Positions 26,443-37,689 of a stretch of DNA of 64,000 nucleotides are shown here, piece after piece. Origin of the DNA: Takakia lepidozioides. Taxonomy: Eukaryota; Plantae; Bryophyta. Location of the stretch: contig CM060731.1 of assembly GCA_030704615.1 (NCBI GenBank), positions 24,800,001 to 24,864,000 on the forward strand, read 5' to 3'. The notes below the pieces were generated by a model. The model saw nothing but the letters and a program-made list of their open reading frames with translations. It was not told the origin of the DNA and made no database searches. The position numbers and the translations under genes were made by a program. The first letter of the stretch is position 1, and every line of letters starts with the position of its first letter.

Positions 26443-28650
26443 TGAGGACCCTCACCTGGTCCCATCACAAGCCCCCACAAGAACCAACAGGTTAGTGAGA
26501 ATTGTGGAACCCCAGGTGAATCGGGTCTCACGCTTGTTATCGCTGTACAACATGAGTTCTAAAGCAAGAATCAGTTGTAAACACAAGCAAGGTTATCCAC
26601 AACCTTAATCGATTGCGGAAGAGGACTCGACATCGCTCCAAGCACTTGACAATCAACAGCACAAACAAGCAATGGTTTGCTTGAAATCTATGCGCATTTT
26701 AACAGGTGAAGAAACCCCCTGAGTTTTTATGAGCAGTGCTGAAACTTAATGATCCAGAGAGGATCTACAAGTAGTCGGGCAGCCTAAGGTAGATTGCCCG
26801 CCAAGGGAATAGGTCACCATACTGAGGGAATTGAAGCACCGCCGCCGTTACGCCTCCCAAGGGAGATGAGAAAGGACTGGAATCTTGCCAGAGTACTTGT
26901 AAACAGCATTGAAGCGTCTCCATAGCCATCAAAATCATAAAATTCGTGCTAAGAGATCCCTCTGGCACCATCACTTCATCTCCCGTAGAGAAAACGCACA
27001 GTATCGTGCAAGTTTTATGGCAGGAGAGGAAATATGGCAAACCACTGCGATTTCATCCATGTGGGATGAAAAATAAGAAATGAAAGGTGAATATTCCCCT
27101 GTTGTCATCGCCATGTCATCCATCAGGGATGACATCCTAAAATCGATGACCAGAACCTGGCATTCATTAGGGTTAGATATAAATGACCTTAATAATCCAA
27201 AGGAACCAGGTAAAAAATGATAACTATAATTAACATTTAATGGAATTCATCCATTATTAACTATATCCGGTATGGATGAAGATAGCATAAAGTTAATTAT
27301 AGTTTAGTCAAAAATTACCTTAGTACCAAACCCTCTGGGTTATGGAATAGGTTACCAACACAGGATCCATGTACAGAGGGAGAGAGAGAGGGAGAGATCA
27401 GGAAACAACAAGAAAAAGAGGAAGGTGGGGGGGGGGGGGGAGTGACTGAGTAGCAACTGCTCAGTCACTCCCCCCCCCCCCCCACCTTTTTGTTTTTTCT
27501 TTGTTGCCCCCTCTCTCCCTCTCTACTGGGAAATGGCAGTTTGCTATCAGTGTTGACTTCTTGTTTTCTCATCCTCTATCAGGCTTTTTCATCCATACCG
27601 GATGAGCCACCAGGATGGACATTGAATTACCTCTAGGATGGTTCTTTTGGCCTTTTCATTCCTCCTTTATTGACTCTCATCCATACCGGATGAGTCACCA
27701 TGGAAGAAAAGAATTACCTCTATGGAGGTTGCCAACAGCATCCTGTTTTTCCATCCGTACCGGATGAAAAACTACCAGGGTGATAAATTTTCATTCCTCT
27801 TTTATTGACTCTTTTTATCCATACCGAATGGTCTGGTGAGGAATGATAGAATTACCTAGATGGAGGTTAAGGCGCTGCCACGGATGATATTCCCTACTTT
27901 TTCATCATGACACAAGTGATCTGTCTATGGATGATGTGATTATGGCCTGGAATTGATCTTTACTACCCCTAATTATGATTAATTACGGTGGAAACCCTAA
28001 CCCCTACCCCAAAACCTATTTTTAACCTTGTTGCGGATGAAATCCGTCAGGGTATACGAATTCGTCATACTATTTTTCATCCACGGATGAATAATCGGGG
28101 GACAACCCTATGTCGTCTCTCCCGCTGTCCGAAGCACGCGATGTGCTGCTGAGCTCGCGAGGAGAGTGTTATGGCGGACGTGCTTCGGTGGCTGCCCCGT
28201 TTGTGGTGTCGTACCCATGCTGGACGAGCGCCTGGGGGGGCGCGAAGGCGGCGTCTTGTCTCTCTTGCAGCGGGAAACACCGCTTTGAATGCAGTGGCAT
28301 CTTCCCTCCTCTGGCTTTTTCCGTGCTTAGCAAGGATACTTATGATGGGAAGTTCTCTCCCTCCTTTCTAGTGCCTTGCGATTGTGCCGGCTTTGCTTCA
28401 TTGCTTATGTGCTTTGTGGAGGCGGCTTGCTGCGGGTGGTGATGGCGCATAACCCTCTTCCCCAATCGCTTAAGGTGCCTTTGGAGTTTAGGGATTCTCA
28501 TGTTCTTATCTCTTTCTCTTGCTTTTGAGTTTCTTAGTTGACATCGATGACAAGTGGGAGGGTCTGTGATTCACCCGGGGTTCCACAATCCTCACTAACC
28601 TGTTGGTTTTTGTGGGGGCTTGTGATGGGACCAGGTGAGGACCCTCCCCT
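26443..28650. repeat. Two diverged, oppositely oriented LTR-like segments (26443-27360 minus; 27551-~28646 plus)
   Basis: 26443-26630 is the reverse complement of ~28450-28645 (cctcacctggtcccatcacaagcccccacaa...gttagtgag.attgtggaacccc). Both segments begin TGTTG reading outward and carry TCATCC-n-GGATGA mini-palindromes. No TSD found. Confidence 0.6.
27422..27488. repeat. Perfect 29-bp-stem hairpin with G14/C14 arms; a related copy lies at ~30600-30690
   Basis: AAGGT-G14-AGTGACTGAG-tagcaactg-CTCAGTCACT-C14-ACCTT. Confidence 0.9.
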
Positions 28651-29689
28651 AGTTTCTTGAGCATACAGATTGGGATATGGGCTGAGGAGACCTGTGGGTT
28701 ATTGCACTGTGAGGTAGCTGCTGTCTGCAGCCCCGATTTCAACCCGACTGCTCTTGGTTTGGCATGCTACGCCTGTGTTTTGGCCTTTGTCGTTCTGCCG
28801 TCGATGCGCAGCTCGGCCTGTCTGGCCTGTTTCCTGAGGCTTGCATACAAACCATACCCTACCTTTTGATCTTTGACAGCAGGGCTTGTTGATTATTGAG
28901 CTAGGTTGTCTTTTGGCCAAAGAGGATCTGGTTTTATGGGGGCTGCTTCGGCAGTTTTGGGGCTCTAAGGACGTGGTGGCCTTGAATGTTATGGCGGCAG
29001 CCTGATAAGGAACCGAACTGCTCCTTTTCGGGTCTGTTTTTGGTGTGTGTGGATCATAGTGAGGTGTTCTTTGCAAGCTTTAGCATGGACCTCTTGAAGG
29101 ATGAGGATGGTAAGCTGTAATGGAATCCTACCTATTGTTTTGGCCTTGTCGTGACATCAGGCCTATGACCTGCAATCTGAGTTTTCAAGATGCTTGTGTG
29201 TACATGTCTTGAATTTGCAATATGACAGGCTGATCTCACATTCCCTTGACGCCGTGTATGATTACACGTCTTGGGGTGATTACAAATGGTATGGAATCTG
29301 TTTTTTCATGCCCAAGTGGATTGCTTGGAGGCATGTCCTGATTCTGAAATATTGCAGGTTGGTCCTTATGCTTTATTTGATGCATGACCCTATGCTGATA
29401 AGGTAAGGTGCTGCAATCAGTGATTATGACCTTGTCATGACACCAGGCTCGTAACCTGCAATTTAATGATTCATTGGCCAAGATGGCCGGATCTCAGGTG
29501 TTCAAGATGCTTGCATCCCCTACATGAACAAACCCCGCCCTCCTACCCTGTTTTATCATGACTGATTGGGTGATGTCAATTCATGGGAAGCTATGACAAG
29601 AATGGAAATGTTAGATGGTGCCCTGTTTTGGGTTGTTTATGTCTTTAATTGACAATGACCCTAGTGGGTCTTGTCCATGTCTTGACATG

Positions 29690-30430
29690 ACATAAATATC
29701 TTCCATCTCTCTTTTTAACTTTTTCTGCAGAGGGGTCAACTCTGAGGTTAAGAAAACCATGCTTTGTCGCATTATTAGACCTGCCTTGGAGTACGGATCT
29801 GCAATATGGGTTGATAAATCTGACTTAGAGGCTGTAGTGTCCAAAGCCATGTCTGTTGCCATGAGATTGTCTGATGAAAATGAAGTTAGGCAGAAAACTT
29901 CCCTGAACTTGTTTCCAGTCAGTGACATGGGGGAGGACATCTTTGATGACCTCAAGGGTCTACCCACTCTCGGCACTAGACTGAAATTTAAACTCAGGGC
30001 AGGAAGCCTACCTTTGAACAGCAAACACAAGTAGAGAGGAAAGGGAGAGTGCAATTGCCCGTTGTGTGGGCAATTTGAAGACAATACTCATTTCCCGATA
30101 CACTGTCCGGGGTTCTCTCACCAAAGAGACGATCTCTTCAAATCTATCAAGGGAATTGTGCTTGTACCTCTGTTTACCAACTTTGAAAGTCTCAAGGCTG
30201 AGCCAAAAGCCCAGGCCCTCGTGAGGCCTAGTTATTGGGCAAATCACACACAACAGTTTTGATGCTTGTGTGAAGGGATTTCTAGAGGATATCTGGGAAA
30301 CCCAGATTAATTCTATATATGAAGGTAAGTCTTACTACCAACGTCAGCCCCTGACAGAGGCAGGTTCTGTCCCTTTTGTTTCTGCTCAAACTGGGCGCGG
30401 GGTCAATGGCCACAAAGCTACGGCAAACAA
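29690..30430 (+). mobile_element. 3' fragment of a non-LTR retrotransposon (post-RT region plus CCHC zinc knuckle)
   Basis: IIRPALEYGSAIW, GLPTL, LKFKLRAGSLPL and CPLCGQFEDNTHFPIHCP; in-frame stops and an internal deletion. Confidence 0.75.
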
Positions 30431-30469
30431 CGTCTTATGAGTACAATCTTTTAACTTTTTCTGCACCCT

Positions 30470-30516
30470 CTCTCCCTTGTGGTTTGTTTACTTTTGTGAA
30501 CAACAAAAAAAAGAGG

Positions 30517-30571
<55 letters not shown>

Positions 30572-33500
30572 AGATCAGGAAACCAAAAAATAAATAAAAA
30601 TGTGGGGGGCGGGGCAGTGACTGAGCCCGTGGTGCTCAGCAGCTGGTGGTGGTGCTCAGTCACTTTCCCCCCCTCCCTCCGCCTTTTTCTTTTCTCTTTG
30701 TTGCCCCCTCTCGAGACCCCGAGCACTTGGTGCTCTTAGCCCCCGACATGCTTGGTTTTTTTTGTTTCTGATCTGGAATGTTCCTAATGAGGCCAACTTG
30801 TGGGTTTGCATGACAGGTGCCAGTTTATGGGGAAAGAGAAGAAGTCCCCAACCCCAAAGAAAGGGGCGGACGTGTGACGCGCTAGGGCGTCTCACGGCTA
30901 ACCAGCCCCGTCGACAGCCGCAGCCGGAGGGCTCGTCTGCCCCCCGAGGCCAGTACCCCCCCCCCCCCCCCTCTTGTCCACATCTTGGATGTGCCAGGGG
31001 CCGGCTCAGCCAGCATATCCGGGAGGTTGATGCTCAGTTGAGCACACCCCCGGCCACCAAGACGGGTGAAATGTACCTTGGCAAGCACATCATCCGTTCG
31101 GGGGCCCGGTATGGGCACCTTTTGGATGTCACCACCATAGCGACCCCTTCCTCCGCAGCAAAGGCTGCACTTGCCAAGGCCCAACGTCAGGTTCAAGGGC
31201 CTTCGAAAGCCTCCATTGCCAGCCCATTGTTGTCGATGAGGGAGGAGGAAACGAGGAGGGCCAATGAAGTGGCCAAGATAGCGAAGCGCCTCAAAGAAGT
31301 CAAGCCGGGTGAGGGTTTCTATCCTGATACGCATTTGGGGGGGGGAGAGGAGGTGGTATGGGCTGGTTCGGAGTAGCCTAGCCGATCAGCGACACCGCCC
31401 CCTGAGCCTGAGCGATCAGCAAAGAAGGGCCTGGACTACGGGGCGCCACCGCCGGCTATGCTCCACATCTGGAATCTACTTCCAGTGGCGCTCCGGGAGG
31501 GGATAGAGCAAGCACATCCGGAAACGGGGACTCCTCCCACATCGGGTGACACCAGGGGCGAGTCGGACAAGCTTGCAAAGGTACAACTATCGCACCTTGT
31601 TCCATGATTTATCATTTCCTTTGCATGCATGATTTTCTTTGTTGTTTGTTTCCTTTTTTGAATTTGGAGGGGTTATTTGTCTTCAGGAGGCAGCAACATG
31701 GCTGGCCTCATTGGTGCAGTCCAGTGGGGTTGCCAATGAGGGAGAGCACGTGGTGTTCATGAAGGACCCGAACACCAAAGGTAAGAAGAAGAGGCCTCGA
31801 TCTCCCGAGATCCCTTTTACCATCAATGAAGGGGCTGCCAAGGAGAGAGAGAGAAGGGAGAGGGAGAAGGAGAGAGAGGAAGTACCGGGGAAGGGGAAGG
31901 AGATGGTCGTGGAGAAGGGGAAGGAAAAGAAGAAAAAGAAAAAGAAGTCCCATGGAGAGGAAGGGGTGAGTGTGCATGCGGGGGAGGGCAGTGGGGTAAC
32001 AAATGAGCAGGGAAAAGAGGCTACAAAGAAGGGAGAGGGTGGGATGGTCTTGGCGATACAGGACGTGGAGTTGGCAAAGATCGTGGTGCCACCGGTGGAG
32101 GTGAATCACCATGGTGACCCCTGCAATGCGTTCTGGGAGGCTATGAAGAAGCCAACCTTCGAACTCGCATTGAGGTGGTTCCCTTTGCACATCGAGTGGG
32201 CTGATCAGCACTTTGGCGCGAAGCGGGCGTATGCCCGTGAGTTAGACCGCCGGTTTCCGGGCAATTGAAGTGACACAAGGGTGATGGAGATGGTGGGGCA
32301 AAACTTGAAGGACAGGAGGTACCGTGCCAGACAGATCATTCGGAGGGCAATGGAAAAGGGGGCCATACCCAAACCACCTTATGGAATTACACAGGTTGGC
32401 AAATCCTGAATCATGTCACCTTCCATTTGTCCCATGTGCATTAATGAGGTGGATTCGATGCAACATATGTGTGTAATTCACTAATTGTTGGGGGGGGGGA
32501 TGCATAGGTATCGTGGGATGCACTCATTGCGGGAGAGACTGATGCCGCAAACAAGGCCAAATTTGACCGGGCACGCGAAGCAACAACAGTCCGCCTTGAC
32601 AAGCACGAATCCACACACAAGTGGGGCGCCGACGGATCCAAGGGTTTTATCTTGCGATTTGTAAGTCGTACTTCCCTATGGATTTTGTTATGTCTTCTTT
32701 CTGGCTCCATCATCGTGAAGAACTGACTTTAATTTATAGCATGTGTAGCAACGCGCGTTTGAGAAGAAGCCATCTCTGGTAGAGTACAACTACGCCAAGG
32801 AGCATGGTTGGCAATCCCTCATGAAGAACATGGCCAACACAGAGGGGATGAGTGCACTACAGGGCACTAATATGGATGAGGTCGAGGGTCATGCCCAGGG
32901 ATTGGATGAGAGCTCTGTGGGACTTAGGGGAACGCCGCCTCATTTACGTGCTCTGGCAAAGGGCGCAGAGTCATCAGGCTCATCGGATAGCTCTGAGTCC
33001 TCCACTGAGGATGAGGATGAGGATGAGGATGACTAGTCCTAGTCCATGTAGGTCCCAGGGTCAGTCTACTGAACCCTTGTGAGCTTTTCAACTCATTTCA
33101 TGTAAATATATTTCCATATTTCCATCTTCCATCTTATTCATGTGTCGCACCATCCTCACCCTCGATTCATGTTTGTTCAATTGTGTACCTGCTAACTCAG
33201 AGAAATGGAACTGTAAGTTCTCCCATCCCCAAATACAAAACCAGGAAAAAATAAAAAAAACCACCCCCAATTCACCCCCAAAATGAACCCCCAACCCCCC
33301 CCCCCCACCAGGCTGCCCTCGTGACTGCAGCACGTCGCCAACGACGATGTGTTTTTGGGCGGGGGTCGCAAGCAGCGACGGTCGGGCGTCGCAAACCCCA
33401 TTTGCGGGCGGCAACGCCCGACACCCCTGCGACGTGTTTTTTAGTCTGGGGGTCGCAATCCGCGACGCCCTGGCGTCACGGAGACCGCCACCCTGACTGC

Positions 33501-34010
33501 ACCACGTTTTTTTTTTTTATTAAATTTTTTAAAAAAATGACGTCGGAGCGTCGCAACAACCCACGCCCGGGCGTGGCGGAGACCGACTCCCGCTGTTTTG
33601 TGCCACGCCCAATAGTCGCTGGTAGCGACGCACGGGCGTCGCTTGGCGTACCACCTGGCTGACTCCCGGGCAGGTTAGAAAAAAAAAAAGGGATGCGACG
33701 CCGCGCCGACGCCGTCGGCTGGAGGGCAGCGACGGCGAGACGTCGCTCCAAGAAGCTCCTGCCATCGACGTGGACGGCCTGAAAAACCGACATCTGGCAG
33801 TCGCGAGAGTTGGGGCGGGGGCTCGCGACCCCTATACGTCGCATTTTTGCGACGTCATTTTGGCGACGCCCTTGCGACTGCAGGGCGACGGCCGGGCGTC
33901 GCAAATTCTGCGCGTCGCAAATTCTGCGCCTCCCCCGTGCCCGAAAAGGGCGTTTTTCCGACGCTGCAGCGTGGTACGGGCGTCGCAAAGGCCCCCCTTT
34001 TCCTATAGTG
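30470..34010 (+). mobile_element. 3' part of a CACTA (En/Spm) element: TnpA/Ptta-like multi-exon pseudogene plus subterminal repeats and terminus
   Basis: Ends ...CCCCCCTTTTCCTATAGTG at 34010 (reverse complement CACTATAGG). 33330-33990 is dense with GCGACG/CGTCGC motifs in both orientations. Exons at ~30785-33036 include HKWGADGSKGFILRF|QRAFEKKPS, resembling Ptta/En-Spm ORF2. Left boundary uncertain. Confidence 0.78.
30505..30575. repeat. (GA)n microsatellite
   Basis: Run of gagaga at ~30511-30560 with GA-rich flanks. Confidence 0.95.
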
Positions 34011-37000
34011 TATGACTCGAGCTTGTGTGCATTTCGGTTTTCATAACTATCCAGTCTCAAAGGGAGATTACAGGGAAGTCTTGAGACAGTGTCGAGGTTG
34101 ATTAAACATGAATACGAGAGCAACCCATCCGCAACCGCATCTGCAATAGCTCTTGCCGCAAGCAAGAGCTTCTTGGACAGCCATATTTTCTGTGCAGTGG
34201 ATTCTGTGGGAAGTAAACTTGATGGACCAGCATTGGACATTGTCATGGATCATTTCTCCACATTGAGTTCACCCAACATTCGCCATCAGGTGAATGCATT
34301 GAGAATGCGCTCTGGAAATAGAGGCTACATTGACAACATTCTGGAATTGAAAGGAATGAGCAAGTACGACTACATCCAGGACAGTGTGTTTCCAGGGCAA
34401 GGAGCGACAAAATTATATCTTTTCAAAATGTCCACAACTGGGGAGGGCAGCGGGGTGAGCCTCGTCAGGCGGATGCAGAAGAGTGGCGATCTGAAGAAAT
34501 ATTTTCTTATGTTTGATCACGTCAAACGGGTGAAAGATTGGACGACTATGGCTCGTCATGTGTACGATCCTGTATACCAGCGAGTTATGACAATTGCAGT
34601 TTATAACATGCAATTGGAGGATTCGGAATCCCAACAACTAAATGTGTGTTAAATCATGACGTGATTCGTTTTGTTATGGCAGGTGTTTCAATGTGTACGA
34701 ATTATCTTCGGATCACAAAGGTGCCAATGGAGGGCAGAGAGCGTATGTCTGTTCCATTGGACCCAATCTCTGGATAAATATACGAAAGCGGATATCAAAC
34801 CTGAGATGCAGACACAACATCGTAAGTTGTGCAAATAGTACAAAGTTGTGAAATCAATGGCGGAGGCGAATACATTGTTCCAGACAATTCGTGCCTGGTG
34901 GTTCTCTTCAGGAGCAGCATCACTTGAGAGTATGAGAGCTTTGGAAGATTGGTTAGCGTTTTGGGACTTCCGGTACAGACAGTGAGGAGCATCCATGACA
35001 ACGGTACGTCTTTAGTACTGCATGCATTTTCTATATCGTTCCTTGATGCAGATCTGCATATGCTTGGGTAGTGTTGTAACCTCTTTGATATTCTAAAGTG
35101 TGTTTTCCACTTTGCAAAACATGTCCATTGAGGAAATGACAGACATGTCATCTTGCAATTTGGCAGAGACTGTGCACAACGCATGGTTGCAACAGTCCGG
35201 GAAATGGGGTTGGGATTTGTATGTGGCAACAACAGATGATCTCATACGTGCACTCCAACAACAAACCAGATATCGTGACTTTTGAGAGGAGGCTTTGGTA
35301 GGAAGGGTCCGGACAAACAAGAGTTGATGTTGCGTGCTGCAAGCAGATCAGAGGATCCAAGCAAGATAGCACGAGTGTTGGACATGTGTTCCAAGGGAAC
35401 GCCTCTTGTGTCTAGAGTTCCACATCTGGAAGGGGAGGAGAGATTCGGCTCCTGCAAGAGGAAATTGAACACCCCACCTGGTTCGGATTCCGATTCGCAC
35501 AGGGCAGACCGTGATAACTTCTCCACGCCTCGTGTCCCTCTGCATGAGAGATATATCTCCGGATCATCATTTCTTGAGGAACCTGCGATAGGACGGCAGA
35601 CTCCAACATATAACACTCCCATTGCAATGGTGCAAGAGATAAATTTGCTCCCTGATATTGTGGAGTCCATGTGCCCCGACCACATTTGGCACATAGAGCG
35701 CACAACTGCAGGGTCTCGATTCAAATGTACGGCAATCAGGGCAACCAATTCTGAGAAATGCACTTTTTCCATATCCAGAGGTGGTGCCCGCACTCCAGCT
35801 CCAACTTTCACTGGTTTGATGCGCCCATATGGGCAGCCAGAAGCTAAGAACCACAAGTTCTGGTTCTGTGCAGACGATTGTGGGAGATGTGTGCATGGAA
35901 CTGTGCGACCTTCCGTGTTGATGAAGCCAACTCCACCAGCTGTTTGGCTCGTGAAGTTGGGAACAAATCTCACAAATCAAGAGATTGCAATGCTGGAAGA
36001 GGCAGGGTTTTCCCTTGCAAGACAACCCCGTGTGCGTGCATCTGCTTCCAATTCTGGGAGTACAAGGGTACCTCCGCTTGATGCTCATTTGTGGCCAACG
36101 AAACGAAATGGAAAGCTTGTTCGGCGTTTCCCTCCAATTGCAGAACACTTCGGCAAGGTAGAGTCCGCTAGAATGCTCCAAGCTCGTGTTTCCAGCACGA
36201 CGGAAGTGCCCGATCCTGGGTATGGTCGGATGTACACAATGATCACCTCGACATCTGCTGTTCATGATAGGGCCCACGACATCACTGTTTCCAATTTCCC
36301 CAATTGCACCTGTCCTGATTTTGTTGGGATGCTATCAACCAGTTTGGGCAAGAGAGGTAAATTCGTACCCTACAAACATTTGTACTTCATCTTCGTGAAG
36401 AGGATGGTTTGTGATCCCAAACGTGACAATTTTATCCACCAGGCGACAATGAGTTTCAACGAGATCAATACTCTCTTGCAACGGGATACAAACACATAGG
36501 TAGATGACTTGTTGTTTCTGGAATGTGGTGAATGTGCATTCCGGAATTGCAAATCTGAATTCAGGTTGGTTTGGACTGTGAGTATGCAAATGGTGCAACC
36601 ATGATGTGTAATGTGTAGTTAGAACATTGTCACTATAAAACATTTCAATTCAATAACAGCATTCGTGAGGTCGTGGAATGATATGGCAGACCTTCTCCCT
36701 CCATTATGCTTCCAATTGTATAATATGTTTGTTCTCTTTGGCAATTTTATGGAACTCATGCATCATTGGTCCTGTGGATGTCTACATGTGCTTCTTTCCA
36801 ATGTTATCCGAATTGTCAATATTAGTTGGGGAGGGTCGGGGTGTTCCTATGTTGTCATGTATGCCACTGAAGTTCTGAGGTTAGTTTGTCGTCATTGTAA
36901 TTGTAATTGTCAAAATTACAGTATTAATTACAAATTATTGTGGAACAGACGCCACAGTTGTGGGCTTATTTCCCGTTTCGGGTGTTTCATGGTAATCTTC

Positions 37001-37065
37001 ATGTTATTCACCAAATGATTGCTCAAGCTAATCCCACGGTCATAGGACCCTCGGGAATAGGCTCT
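34011..37065 (+). mobile_element. MULE-type element copy 1: transposase pseudogene (end of GCM-like domain, DDE core, SWIM finger), 5'-truncated by the CACTA end
   Basis: MTRACVHFGFHNYP; FLMFDHVKRVKDWTTM; CLFHW; SCNLAETVHNAW; CTCPDF...YKHLYFIF (stop 36499). Intron at ~35004-35118; stops and a deletion near 34650. Confidence 0.82.
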
Positions 37066-37689
37066 TTATGTTTCTGCTGACGTGGCGGATGTTGACGTGG
37101 CGCCACCTCAGCACCCAACTCCATGTCAGCCTGTTGACATCAGGCTCATGCTACATCAGCAAGAGTGTGGGCTCATGCCACCTCTGCAGCTGTGAGCGTA
37201 CCACCACATCACAATGTGTGAGCGTACGTTCACGTGCAAGGCTCACACAGTTGGCGTAGTTGCCGCCGGCCTAGGGCAGCGTCAACAAAGTCCACTAATG
37301 CTGTGCCAGACATTAAAGCATATTCTCTTGCCAAGTGGGACCAGCACACAGAGTGGTAGCCACACGTGTGCGGCCTGCCTTCACTCACAGTTTCCTTTGC
37401 AACTCCTCTGCATCTCGCTGCTCATCCTGCACCTCCTCTCCCCGTCTCCTCCAGGACTTGCACACTTGTTTCACATTTGCCACATTATTCTGGACTTATT
37501 CCTCTATTCATTTCTCGCTTGCGAAGAAGGAGGTGCAAAGATTATACGCGGTTGTTACTAATCTGCTTTATACTTGCTGGTTCTCTGGTCTGTTCATTTC
37601 TCGGTCGTGAAGAATACAAGAGTTTCAAGCACGCACTGAAGGTTGACATAAAAGAACCGAACTCGGCAGATCAGTTCTGACAAGGAGTA

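Noticed and set aside
26458-26470. TGGTCCCATCAC as a tRNA primer-binding site
   Set aside because: I could not match it to a tRNA 3' end, and no gag follows.
27990-28020. Telomere-like AAACCCTAA motifs
   Set aside because: Only one or two degenerate units; ordinary telo-box-like sequence inside a repeat.
33321-34246. Long GC-rich ORFs on both strands (e.g. 33476..34246 minus)
   Set aside because: They arise from stop-poor CACTA subterminal repeats and the antisense of the transposase.
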